Below, piece after piece: positions 30,427-40,997 of a DNA stretch of 64,000 nucleotides. The DNA is taken from positions 1,568,001 through 1,632,000 of the forward strand of contig CAXXJJ010000004.1 of the NCBI GenBank assembly GCA_963667015.2. Direction: 5' to 3'. A model generated the notes under the pieces. The model saw only the letters and a program-made list of their open reading frames with translations, did not search any database and was not told where the DNA came from. A program made the translations under genes and the position numbers. The stretch is from Desulfatiglandales bacterium. GTDB lineage: Bacteria; Desulfobacterota; DSM-4660; Desulfatiglandales; HGW-15. Position 1 is the first letter of the stretch. The number at the start of each line of letters is the position of its first letter.

Positions 30427-30578
30427 TTTAAGATCCATCCGGCAGAATTTTTCGGGTGGATATTTTCCTGAAATTTCAAATCAGGATTTAAGGTAACAAA
30501 CGATCACCCATTCTGTTAAGGTATGGGTGATCATTTTAATTTGAACAGAAGGGCTCAAAATAAACCAGGAGGACATAT

Positions 30579-32312
30579 ATGAGACGTTATTTTGACGAGA
30601 TGGAGCCTTTAGGCAAGGCTCTTACCGAAAAACAGATTGCAGATGCAACAGAAAACATCGAAGAAATTAAAAAAGTCGAAGCGCAGGTCGCCGAGGCTGT
30701 TGAAGTCGTAAAAAGCCAGGGTATTCCTGATGAAAAAATAAAGGCAAGAGGCCAGATGACTGTATGGGAAAGGATCGAGTACCTTGTAGACCCAGGAACA
30801 TGGACACCTCTTCACACAATCTACAATCCTAAGTCTAATGTAGAAGAGCAGACCAACGTGGTTGACGGTCTTGCAAAAATCAACGGGAAATGGGCTGTTG
30901 TTATAGGCTTTAATAACAAGGTAATGGCCGGAGCATGGATAGCAGGACAGGCTGACAACCAGCTCAGGGTTACTGATATGGCTAAGAGGCTCAGAATACC
31001 TCTGGTATGGATCGTAAACTGCAGTGGTGTTAAGCTTCCCGAACAGGAAGAAGTTTACGCAGACAGGAGAGGAAACGGTACAACATTCTTCAGGCATGCT
31101 GAACTTGCAACACTCGGTGTACCGATTATAGCCGGTATCTACGGAACCAACCCTGCAGGCGGCGGTTACCAGGGTATAAGCCCCACAGTTATCATCGCCC
31201 ATAAAGATGCCAACATGGCAGTCGGCGGCGGCGGTATTGTTGGTGGAATGGCACCAAAGGGCGGTTTTGATGAAGAAGGCGCAGAACAGCTTATTGAGGC
31301 AACAAGGCATTTCAATGAGGCTCCTCCGGGAAGTGTTGGAATCCACCATGATGTAACCGGTTTCTTCAAGGAAGTTCATGAAACGGAAACAGGCGTTCTT
31401 GATTCACTTAAAAAACATATGGATATGATGCCAGCCTATGACCCCGAGTTTTTCAGGGTTGCAGAGCCAAAAGAACCAAAATTCAGCGGTGAAGAACTTA
31501 ACAGCATAGTAGCCTTTAATCAGAAACGCGGTTACAACTTTGAAGAGATGCTCGCTAGAATGACAGATAACAGCGAACACATGGAGTTCAGGCCCGGTTT
31601 TGGTCCTGAGGTTTATACAGGCCTTGTAAAGATCGACGGTTACCTGATGGCTGTTATCGGTAACAGGCAGGGCTTCCTTGGCGCCAAATACCCCGCATAT
31701 GCCCCCTACCCCGGAATAGGTGGAAAACTCTACCGCGACGGTCTTATCAAGATGAACGAGTTTATCACCCTCGCCGGAAGAGACAGGCTCCCAATTATAT
31801 GGCTGCAGGATACATCAGGTATTGATGTTGGTGATATTGCTGAGCAGGCAGAGCTCCTTGGTCTTGGCCAGTCTCAGATATACTCAATTGAGCAGACAGA
31901 TGTTCCCCAAATCTGTATTGTCTTAAGAAAGGGTACTGCTGCAGCTCATTATGTAATGGGCGGACCTACAGCAAATAATCACAATGTATTCACTCTTGGA
32001 ACACCAATGACAGAGATTTACGTAATGCACGGTGAAACCGCAGCAGCAGCTTCATACTCAAGACGTCTGGTTAAGGAAAAAGACGCAGGTCGTCCGCTTC
32101 AGCCGACCATTGACAAGATGAATCAGCTTGCTCAGGAATATTATGACAAATCAAGACCCGTATACTGTGCAAAACGCGGTTTTGTTGATGAAGTTGTATC
32201 ACTGCCTGAATTAAGAAATTACATGAAGGCATTCGCCGGTTCAGCATACCAGAATCCAAAATCCATCTGCTCAAGGAATCACATGATTCTTCCAAGGATG
32301 ATCAAGGGTTAA
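30579..32312 (+). CDS. gcdA: Glutaconyl-CoA decarboxylase alpha (carboxyltransferase) subunit
   Basis: NCSGVKLPEQEEVY, GTNPAGGGY, QDTSGIDVG, RKGTAAAHYVMGGP, HMILPR. Confidence 0.88.
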   Translation: MRRYFDEMEPLGKALTEKQIADATENIEEIKKVEAQVAEAVEVVKSQGIPDEKIKARGQMTVWERIEYLVDPGTWTPLHTIYNPKSNVEEQTNVVDGLAKINGKWAVVIGFNNKVMAGAWIAGQADNQLRVTDMAKRLRIPLVWIVNCSGVKLPEQEEVYADRRGNGTTFFRHAELATLGVPIIAGIYGTNPAGGGYQGISPTVIIAHKDANMAVGGGGIVGGMAPKGGFDEEGAEQLIEATRHFNEAPPGSVGIHHDVTGFFKEVHETETGVLDSLKKHMDMMPAYDPEFFRVAEPKEPKFSGEELNSIVAFNQKRGYNFEEMLARMTDNSEHMEFRPGFGPEVYTGLVKIDGYLMAVIGNRQGFLGAKYPAYAPYPGIGGKLYRDGLIKMNEFITLAGRDRLPIIWLQDTSGIDVGDIAEQAELLGLGQSQIYSIEQTDVPQICIVLRKGTAAAHYVMGGPTANNHNVFTLGTPMTEIYVMHGETAAAASYSRRLVKEKDAGRPLQPTIDKMNQLAQEYYDKSRPVYCAKRGFVDEVVSLPELRNYMKAFAGSAYQNPKSICSRNHMILPRMIKG

Positions 32313-32336
32313 TTTTTTAACTGTTTTTTGATATTT

Positions 32337-32368
32337 AAAGCGGGGCATTTTTATGTCCCGCTTTTTTT
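32337..32368 (+). terminator. Intrinsic terminator
   Basis: AAAGCGGGGCAT-TTTT-ATGTCCCGCTTTTTTT. Confidence 0.75.
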
Positions 32369-32387
32369 ATATGAGGAGAACAAATCA

Positions 32388-33266
32388 ATGCCCAATAACA
32401 AAAGCCCTGCAGCAATACTCAGGAAACTATTAAACAGCCCGGAATTTCTTATAATGCCCTGCTGTTATGACGCGTTGAGTGCAAAGCTCATTCAGGAAGC
32501 CGGTTTTTCTCTGACTTTTATGAGCGGGTTTGCCGTGTCTGCGGCCCGGCTGGGTCTCCCTGATACCGGTCTGATCTCCTATGGCGAAATGGCGGATCAA
32601 CTTAAGAGTATCTGCAGCATTTCTAAAATTCCGGTAATCGCAGATGGAGACACTGGGTACGGTAACACGGTGAATGTAAAACGCACCGTACATGGATATA
32701 TCCAGGCAGGGGCGGCAGGTATAATGATAGAAGACCAGAAGAGTCCGAAACGGTGCGGCCATACAACGGGAAAGGATGTTGTGGACAGAAAATCAGCCAT
32801 AAGTAGAATGAAAGCTGCAATAGAGGCAAGAGAAGAAGCAAACGATGCAGGTAAAGATATTGTAATTATGGCCAGAACAGATGCCAGGGCCACACATGGT
32901 CTGGAAGAGGCCATTGAGCGGATGAAGATATTTTCGGATATAGGCGTGGATATACTTTTTGTGGAAGCCCCGTTCTCCGAAAAAGAAATGGAGACCATAT
33001 GCATTGAAGTACCTGGCTGCCATATGGCAAACATGGTTGAATATGGAAAAACCCCGGTGCTTACCCCCAAACGATTGGAAGAACTGGGTTATAAAATCGC
33101 AGCATATCCGCTTACCCTTTTATCCGCATCTGTTTATGCCATGAGAAAAACACTTTCTGCACTCAAAAAGGGGGGAACTTTCAATGCCCTTGTTGATTTT
33201 AGAGACCTTCAGTCTCTTTTAGGATTTCCGGAGTATGATAAAACGCTGAACCGACTTGAAAAATAA
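32388..33266 (+). CDS. Isocitrate lyase/PEP mutase family enzyme
   Basis: IADGDTGYG, IEDQKSPKRCGH, ARTDA, ANMVEYGKTP. Start MPNNK after GAGGAG. Confidence 0.9.
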   Translation: MPNNKSPAAILRKLLNSPEFLIMPCCYDALSAKLIQEAGFSLTFMSGFAVSAARLGLPDTGLISYGEMADQLKSICSISKIPVIADGDTGYGNTVNVKRTVHGYIQAGAAGIMIEDQKSPKRCGHTTGKDVVDRKSAISRMKAAIEAREEANDAGKDIVIMARTDARATHGLEEAIERMKIFSDIGVDILFVEAPFSEKEMETICIEVPGCHMANMVEYGKTPVLTPKRLEELGYKIAAYPLTLLSASVYAMRKTLSALKKGGTFNALVDFRDLQSLLGFPEYDKTLNRLEK

Positions 33267-33374
33267 AAGGCCGGTAGTTGAAAATAATATAAAGATAGAT
33301 TACACTTCCGAAATTCGTGGTAAACATCGTATTATCCTGGAAATACCGCTCAAATATTGTCAGAGAGGTGAAAA

Positions 33375-34136
33375 ATGTTACGGAAACTTATCAATATGTA
33401 TTTTTTCTGGATCGTCCTTGCTTTAATCTTTTTTTCCGGGCAAGCCACAATATGCAGAGGCCAACAGCTGCCTGGAAATATTGCTGATGCAGCCTTAACA
33501 TGGATTAACCAGGTCAGAGCCAGGGAGGGGCTTGAAACTATCTCTATTGATCCCAGACTGAATAAGGTTGCAGAGACTCACAGCCAAAATATGATTGATT
33601 ATAATATGCTTTCTGACAGCAATCCTGATTTAGGAACTCCATCTGAAAGAGTAAAATCCGCAAAACTTACAGACATCAACAACCTTGCTATAGTAGCAGA
33701 GGCAAAGACCTGGGACCTTTTACGGGAGCAACTCGAATCCCCGGAAAATCTATCCGGAATACTATCACCTGAAATGACTCATGCCGGGATCGGCCTGAAA
33801 CAGGACTCAACTGGCAACATATGGCTGACAATACATATGGCCGAACGAGCAATAACTTTCAATCAATTCACCCTCAGTCAGTCAAATACTGATCCGGTTG
33901 AACATTCCATAACAATTAAAGGCAATACCACCTATAAAAAGGTAAGGGCTATACTTGTTCCTCCGGAAAATTCTGTTTTTGATCTGGAGGAGGAGCATAT
34001 TATAGCCCCGGATTCCAGTGGTGACTTTAAGATTACATTAACTTTAGGGACAGCAACCGGGACTTTTGAATTCGAGTTCTATGTTCAAAAAGATGGAGCC
34101 TACAAATTAAAGAATTTTTTTACTATAGGCATCTGA
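33375..34136 (+). CDS. CAP (SCP)-domain secreted protein
   Basis: INQVRAREGL...LNKVAETHSQNM...ILSPEMTHAGIG. Confidence 0.75.
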   Translation: MLRKLINMYFFWIVLALIFFSGQATICRGQQLPGNIADAALTWINQVRAREGLETISIDPRLNKVAETHSQNMIDYNMLSDSNPDLGTPSERVKSAKLTDINNLAIVAEAKTWDLLREQLESPENLSGILSPEMTHAGIGLKQDSTGNIWLTIHMAERAITFNQFTLSQSNTDPVEHSITIKGNTTYKKVRAILVPPENSVFDLEEEHIIAPDSSGDFKITLTLGTATGTFEFEFYVQKDGAYKLKNFFTIGI

Positions 34137-34165
34137 TAATTTCAGTTTCTGAATAGAGGGGAATA

Positions 34166-35542
34166 ATGGCAAAACGTGTTTCTATAATTTTGATTATATG
34201 CTTAAGCCTGTTCTTTCCGGGTCTGACATGGGGGATATTATACTACTATTCAGGTACCATGGATAGTACCTTCGGGATCGATGAGAAATTCACTATCATT
34301 GTACCCGATGGCATATCCTCACTTACCTTTATAACTGCACTGCCGGAAGATTACACCCTACCCAACAACACACAGAATATCACAGGATTGAACGTCACCC
34401 CCTCAGGGGCTCTGTCTCCTTCCATAGAAGATTACACTGACACATATGATAGCCATTTCAGAAAGTTTATATGGACAAATCCTCCCGAAGGCACCATTAC
34501 TGTCAGGATTAGTTATGTTGTCTCAACCAGTACCGACTGGAGCGTATCAATGACCAGTGATGGGTTCCCCTTTGACAGTACAGGTTTACCCGATTCGGTC
34601 ACAGATTTTCTTAAGCCTTCCGATAAGGTGCAATCGGATCATGTTTATTTTATAAATCTGGCAGAAAACCTTACCGATGGTCTTACTACCCAGTGGGAGG
34701 CATTGGCTGCTCTGAACGGCTGGGTCATGGACAGCATAGCCTACGGCTACAATCCTTATGGAACTGATGCCTACACAACTTTAACTACAGGCTTTGGCAA
34801 CTGCTCAAATTATGCACATATAGCCCTCGCTCTTGTAAGGGCTGCAGGAATTCCCGCCAGGCTGGCCCATGGATACTCAATCTCAAAGCCCTATACACTT
34901 ACTACAGGAGATGACCCGATAGACGCGAGCTGGGGCCAGGGGACCCATGCATGGATTGAGGTATATTATCCATCCCTGGGATGGGTTCCCTATGACCCCC
35001 AGAGAGACCTTCACCATGTGGATACCCATAGGGTGCTATGGGGTAGAGGAGCAGATACAACGGGTGTCGTAGGGATAACATCATGGACCTTTGAATCGGA
35101 ATCGGTTCCATCCGGCTATCCTGTTGTGTATGAAGAGATGAACATCAACTGGTTAGACGATTCTATCGATCTATCCTATATAAAATCTACCAGAGAGGTC
35201 AGTGGGACTTCTTTCAGCTCAGTTGTACCCTCTATTCAGGATCATACTATCACTTCTTCCTCCGGCAGCGGCGGCAGAATTTTACCCGATGGTGAAATTG
35301 CAGCAGGGGCTGGCTCCAGCCAGACCTTTAAAATTCTCAATAATTACCGTTACGAAATATCGGATGTTTTAGTGGACGGTATATCGCAGGGTTCAATATC
35401 TTCCTATACCTTTGATAATATAACAGCAGATCACACAATAACAGCCGAATTTCAGACTGTAGAGGTTGATGGAGGTAGTAGCGAAGGTAGTAGTGTCGGT
35501 GGAGGTGGAGGATGTTTTCTGAATACAATAGGTTTATGGTGA
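34166..35542 (+). CDS. Secreted transglutaminase-like protein with a bacterial-repeat domain and Gly-rich CF tail
   Basis: GNCSNYA, HAWIEVY, WVPYDP; HTITSSSGSGGRI...YTFDNITADHTITAEF; GGGGGCFLNTI at the C-terminus. Confidence 0.85.
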   Translation: MAKRVSIILIICLSLFFPGLTWGILYYYSGTMDSTFGIDEKFTIIVPDGISSLTFITALPEDYTLPNNTQNITGLNVTPSGALSPSIEDYTDTYDSHFRKFIWTNPPEGTITVRISYVVSTSTDWSVSMTSDGFPFDSTGLPDSVTDFLKPSDKVQSDHVYFINLAENLTDGLTTQWEALAALNGWVMDSIAYGYNPYGTDAYTTLTTGFGNCSNYAHIALALVRAAGIPARLAHGYSISKPYTLTTGDDPIDASWGQGTHAWIEVYYPSLGWVPYDPQRDLHHVDTHRVLWGRGADTTGVVGITSWTFESESVPSGYPVVYEEMNINWLDDSIDLSYIKSTREVSGTSFSSVVPSIQDHTITSSSGSGGRILPDGEIAAGAGSSQTFKILNNYRYEISDVLVDGISQGSISSYTFDNITADHTITAEFQTVEVDGGSSEGSSVGGGGGCFLNTIGLW

Positions 35543-35558
35543 TAACTCGGAAGGTAAA

Positions 35559-36521
35559 TCAGGCACAACCCAGTATTGCCCTTTTGACCATGGTCCTGGC
35601 TATCTGTATCTTCCATTTGTTTCTGTCACCCGGAAGGACTTTGGCTTTATCAATGGCAGCAGCACCTGCAGCATCCGCATTCTTTTCATTAATGGATTTA
35701 CCTTTTATTAAATCTTCGGATTCTGTTGCTCTGTGAGGCTTGTTATGAACCGCATTGAGGCATATCCGGGCATTTCCTTTTTCGATCATGGCAGCACAAT
35801 TCACAATAGGGAAATCGATAGAACTACGGATAGCAAATTTGATGAATAAGCTCTTAACACCCCGAGCCGGTGCCGGAACCTGTATTTCTGTTACGATTTC
35901 GCCCTGATCCAGTATGGTAGAGCCCGGTTTAACCATATCCCAGAACTTTTCAGCCTCGATCATTCTTTTGTTTGTTTTAATCTTTGCATTCAGCGCCACA
36001 AGGGCCGGTGCAGTATCGCTCGGGTTTACAGCCACACAACCTTTTACAGCTCCGAATATTGAATGGTACCGATTCTCACCTGTAATCGCATAACACTTTT
36101 TTCCGCCCTTTCTGATGCAATTGAACCGGTTGTCTGGATTCCTGAAATACCAGCATCTCGTCATCTGACAGATATTGCCGCTAATTGTGCCCATCTCTCT
36201 GATATGAGGTGATGCTGTTCTGTGTGCAGCCTCAGAAAGTGCCCTATACTTAGCCTTTACAACATCACTTTTCGCAATGTCTTCAAGTCTGGTCAAAGCT
36301 CCAATCTTAAGCATACCTGCTTCTTCTTTAATATAATCAAGGCCGTCAATGCTCTTGATATTTACAAGGACTTCAGGATAGTCCGGCAGTATCTCAAATC
36401 TCATAGCACCCAGGATGTCGGTGCCGCCGGCTATGATCGATGCATTTCCTGATTCCAGAATAGAAACTGCTTCGTCGACCGTACTGGCATTTACATGTTC
36501 AAATTTTTTCCATGTCTTCAT
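35559..36521 (-). CDS. Xanthine dehydrogenase-family FAD subunit (PaoB-like, [4Fe-4S] insert), copy 1
   Basis: IAGGTD, GTISGNICQMTRCWYFR...CIRKGGKKC, PSDTAPAL. Confidence 0.9.
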   Translation of the reverse strand: MKTWKKFEHVNASTVDEAVSILESGNASIIAGGTDILGAMRFEILPDYPEVLVNIKSIDGLDYIKEEAGMLKIGALTRLEDIAKSDVVKAKYRALSEAAHRTASPHIREMGTISGNICQMTRCWYFRNPDNRFNCIRKGGKKCYAITGENRYHSIFGAVKGCVAVNPSDTAPALVALNAKIKTNKRMIEAEKFWDMVKPGSTILDQGEIVTEIQVPAPARGVKSLFIKFAIRSSIDFPIVNCAAMIEKGNARICLNAVHNKPHRATESEDLIKGKSINEKNADAAGAAAIDKAKVLPGDRNKWKIQIARTMVKRAILGCA

Positions 36522-36523
36522 AG

Positions 36524-37192
36524 TTATGACCTCTTCAAAGCTTCAGCAGCATCCAGTACAGCCTTAGGATGCTGCTGGTATGTTGCACAGCGGCAGAGGT
36601 TGCCGCCAAGGGCATCACGGACATCAGCCTCTGTCGGATTCGGATTTCTATCAAGAAGCGCCTTGGATGAAGTTACAAAGCCAGGGGTGCAATAGCCGCA
36701 TTGAAAGGCATTCCACTTTATATAGGACTGAATAATTGGATGCCCGGACTTTGCTATTCCTTCAGCAGTTTCAATCCTGGCCCCATCACATTCTATTGCC
36801 AGGGTTAAGCAGGACAGAACAGGTCTTCCGTTCATGATCACAGTACATGAACCGCAGGCTCCAAGTCCTCCGCACCAGTCTTTGGGAGAAGTAAGGCCTA
36901 TCTCATCCCTCAGAAGCTGCCGCAAACTCCAGTTAGGTTCTACCCTGAAGCGGTACTTTCCGCCATTGACCGTCAATTCTATAGTTGCTGTATCCTCACT
37001 GCACTTTGACGGGGTTTCCGCATCAGTATCTGAGCCGACCTGCTGTTGTGCTTCTGCCCCTGAAGCAAAGGCTAATGAGCCCACTGTGCTTCCCCCGATA
37101 ACCAGCCCCGCATCCTTCAGGAAATCTCTGCGGGATAAATTTACAAATCCTTTTTTAGGATCTCCTTCTGCTGATTTCATTTTTTTTGACAT
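36524..37192 (-). CDS. (2Fe-2S) subunit with Tat signal, copy 1
   Basis: SRRDFLK; GACGSCTV, QCGYCTPG, GNLCRC. Confidence 0.92.
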   Translation of the reverse strand: MSKKMKSAEGDPKKGFVNLSRRDFLKDAGLVIGGSTVGSLAFASGAEAQQQVGSDTDAETPSKCSEDTATIELTVNGGKYRFRVEPNWSLRQLLRDEIGLTSPKDWCGGLGACGSCTVIMNGRPVLSCLTLAIECDGARIETAEGIAKSGHPIIQSYIKWNAFQCGYCTPGFVTSSKALLDRNPNPTEADVRDALGGNLCRCATYQQHPKAVLDAAEALKRS

Positions 37193-37211
37193 TGTGCCCT
37201 CTGATTGTTAT

Positions 37212-39712
37212 TTATATTTTCCCAAGAGCCTTAAGAACCCTGTCAGGAGTCACTGGAAAATCAAGAATCCATTTGCCTGTGGCATTATAAATTGCACCTG
37301 AGGTGATTGCCGACATAGCAGCGCCGATATTCTCCCCTATCCCAAATGCCCCGTATGTGCCGTATCCGAGATGTGTCTCAGTAAGATTACAGTCAACAGT
37401 CGGATAGTCGTTCATGGTTCCAATATGATAGTTGATGTGGTCGAAGTTAAGTCCAACGCCGGTTTCCGGACAGAATATTTTTTCTTCTGTTGCACTTCTT
37501 CCAAGCCCCATGATGGCACCGCCATATTGTTGACCTTCCGCGCCTTTACGGTTAAATAAATGACCGATATCATTGGCACATACTATATTAGATACATAGA
37601 CCATGCCGGTTTCTGTATCTACTTCTACCTCTATAAAGTGAGCCTGCCTGCCCATCACATAATTTTCCCCACCCATCATCCCGTTAAACATCGTAGTCAT
37701 GGGAGAACCTACTTCCGGGTGTACGATGATGGGATTTGACTGCATAAAACCTCCCACTACCTGACTTACCGGTCTCCTGTTTTCCGGTTTTGCCTTCTCA
37801 ACAACATAGCTGTCTTTTATATCGTAGTCTGCGGGATTCGAATTCGGTGTAGAGCCGGATCCTCCGCCCATACCAAACATAAACCCGGGCATTCCTCCCT
37901 GCATGGATTGCCCTGCCCTTTCCAGGATTTTCTGCTTAAGCTCACGGGCTGCAACGACCAGCTGAACCGTGGCGTTGACAGTACCTGTAGAACCGGCCGG
38001 TTGAGCAAGACAAAAAGCGCTGTTATCCGAATGCTGCTCCTGAATCAGGACATCTTCATATTTCATACCCAGTTCAGCTGCCACACAATGGCGATACCCT
38101 GACTCCGTATCTGTGCCCATGTTACACCTGAGTCCGATGATTGTAACTTTCCCATCCTGCAGCATCAGGCATGCATATGAATTGCTGACATGCGACATTG
38201 TTCCACGACCCCAGTGCCATACGTTGATGGAAGTAAATCCCATACCGTGCATCCGCCCGTTTTTAAGCCGCTTCTTACCTGGGGCATGCCACTTGTTTTC
38301 CCAGTCAATGGCCTTTTTTCCTATTTCAATGACTTCCTTAAGGCTGTGCCTCTGTGGAAACCCGTTTTCCTTCTGATACTCTGTAATCCAGTCCCAGTCA
38401 TGTCCCTCGCACCCGTCATTGATCAGTGCAACTTTGGTCGGATCCAACCCGAATTCACCGGCAACCAGATCAAACATAACATTGTGGGGAACGCAGGAAG
38501 CCGCCCCGTGCCGGAAACACGCCTGGTGTCCTTTGTTGGTATGGGCCCATGTCTGCGTGCCCTTAATATTAGGAATTTTTGTACATTCATAGGTCTTGTC
38601 AATGGCTGGATTACGCACTCCGGTCATGTGCCAGTGATAGGCGGTAATGGTACCGTCTTTTTTGCGCCGACTTTACAGGTATAAGTTCCGAATTCATCTC
38701 CGCCGCAATAAAAGCTGCTCTCATCATATAAAAGTTTTACAGGTCTGCCATGGGCTCTTTTAGCCAGTATTACAGCCAGTTTAATAAAGAGATCGGAATA
38801 AGCCAGCCAGGCAAGTCCCCCGAACCATGAACCCTGGTAAGGGAATTTAACTGTGATTTTTGACCAGTGAGTGCTGGCATCGGACGTATTTTTCTGATTA
38901 GATCCGGCCCAGTCTCCCATGAAGGGCATTCCTGCCATGGGCCCGCCCATACTCATCCCCTGGCTGGTGAGGTTTCTTTGGGGGTTGGCCTGATGATGCA
39001 CCCACAGATCAAGATAATCGTTTCTCCACCGCGCTACGCATACCATGGCTTCCACACCGGCGGGAGAATTCATCTCCCGGTTGATTTTATATTCTATTAA
39101 ACTGTCCGCTTCGGCAAAACCTTTCTCTACATCACCGATTTCCCTCTCAGCCGTGGTCACGATATTTGTACCACCCCCTGATCCTCTGTTCGACATTCCA
39201 AAACCAAATCCCATGGGCATGGCTTCCGGAAAAATCTTCGGTGCATCAGGCTTTGAAGATTCCTCCATATCGAGGATGAACGGACGTTCTTCCCATTCTA
39301 ACTTTATGGCTCTTAGAGCCCGGTCGCACAGTTCTTCACTGTCGGCAACTACAGCCACTCCCATGGGATGCTGGTATAAATCGCTTATTCCCGGAAGAGT
39401 GAGAATACTATACGTAGCGCCGATGTCGGAACCCACACCCCGATCACCCGAAATATCGGGATCGTCAAATCTCATAATGTCCCGAACTCCTACAATCTTC
39501 TCTGCCTCGCTTGTATCCATATGCTTAATTTTGGCATGAGCATAATGAGAGGTGAGTGTTTTTGCATAGAGCATACCGGTGAGTTGTACATCCCGGGTAT
39601 ATACTGCATGTCCTGATACCCTTTCGTAGGCATCATGACGACTCATGTTTGACTTGACGGTCTCGCAGGACTCGGGTATGTCCCAGGTCCAGGGTCGGTT
39701 CAGATCCAACAT
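37212..39712 (-). pseudogene. Molybdopterin-binding subunit, copy 1, with a 1-nt frameshift at 38657-38663
   Basis: GCA AAA AAG AC where the paralog reads AKKDG; the frame continues as TITAYHWHMTG into ORF 38627-37212. Confidence 0.85.
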
Positions 39713-39922
39713 ATTTCACTCCCCAAAGTGATGAAATTTTTTGAAATGCAATTGATAGAAGAAAAGACAAGACTAGTTTTACATTTAAGGCTATTAGAAG
39801 ATCAGCATTGTGTCAAGGTAAAATAACGCTTTTTTTGCATTTTCTATACTTAAAATATTCTTTACAGATATATAACGGTCTGAAAAATCCGTTATAATGC
39901 TCATTTCGCTTGGGCTGTTAAT

Positions 39923-40984
39923 TTATTTTAATCCCATATCTTTAGCCTTTTCAGGTGTAAAGAATCCGCGTTTTATCAATTTACCGGAAATCTTTTCGCA
40001 GAAATCACAGTCTATACATTCATGATCACAGGAGGTAACTTTTTCGAAGAATCCCACTGCATCCAGGCTGCGGTTATCAAGGTGCATCATGTAGGACATT
40101 CCGCATGAATAAAGGTTACCCGCCATTAGCTCAAGGAGATCACCATCCCAGGTCTGTCTCATGTAAGCTTCAAGCTGTCGGCAAATCATGCTTTTAGAAC
40201 TTGTCCTTCCTACCAGCTTGAAAAAGTTGGAAACTTCTCCATATTGTTCAAGATCTTCAGGTCGAATCCATCCTGACTTGAGTATTTGAGCAGGATCGTT
40301 CTTTGTCACCTGAACACAGTTAATGCTGAAGACATTACCCTCTCCCCTGGCAGTGTCCGCTCCGGGATTTCTGGACTTGTGCGATATATAGTTGAAATGG
40401 AATTTTCTGAAAGGGCATTTGAACAGGCAGCCCTCATTGACCATTAATTTGACCTCAAGCCCTGTTTTTTCTTTGATTTTTTTTAAAAGTCTCAGGTTGC
40501 GGTTTATGTTTACGTCGGGAGTGAAGGAGTCGGCACCAGCCTTTTTATATATTATGGCTTTATCAATACAGTCAATATCTCCCAGAACAGATGCACATAT
40601 CTCCACCCGGGGAAAACGCCTTCGAACCTCCCTTATATACATTGGATTAGCAATGGTAACGGCTTCCACACATAAATCATCAAAAACTCGATTCAGGTAA
40701 TCCATGGTGCGCTTCAACACATCAGGTGAATACCATTGGCTTCCTTCACAGACCGAGTTCATTAGGAGGTTAACCCGTATTCCTTCCTGATGTATTCTCT
40801 CCACTGCATCCGCAAAATCATCAAAAGACTGTGACGTTGATATCCGACCCGAACCGGCATACTCCTGTGGACCGGAAAGATATATTTCTCTTATGCTATT
40901 CCCGTTGCACTCCCTGAATTTAAAAATCTCAGTAAGTGTTTCAGGATCATTATTGTATGGAACGGAAAATTCTAGTGTACCCAT
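39923..40984 (-). CDS. U32 peptidase-family (Fe-S) protein
   Basis: VTIANP, ICASV, PDVNINRNL, MVNEGCLFKCPFR, FKLVGR, C-terminal CxxxCxxCxxC. Confidence 0.8.
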   Translation of the reverse strand: MGTLEFSVPYNNDPETLTEIFKFRECNGNSIREIYLSGPQEYAGSGRISTSQSFDDFADAVERIHQEGIRVNLLMNSVCEGSQWYSPDVLKRTMDYLNRVFDDLCVEAVTIANPMYIREVRRRFPRVEICASVLGDIDCIDKAIIYKKAGADSFTPDVNINRNLRLLKKIKEKTGLEVKLMVNEGCLFKCPFRKFHFNYISHKSRNPGADTARGEGNVFSINCVQVTKNDPAQILKSGWIRPEDLEQYGEVSNFFKLVGRTSSKSMICRQLEAYMRQTWDGDLLELMAGNLYSCGMSYMMHLDNRSLDAVGFFEKVTSCDHECIDCDFCEKISGKLIKRGFFTPEKAKDMGLK

Positions 40985-40997
40985 TAAAGTCTCTCAT

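Noticed and set aside
30609..31379. Long antisense ORFs (e.g. 30609-31379, 7330-8016, 42273-43124)
   Set aside because: They are shadows of well-supported genes on the opposite strand, with no motifs.
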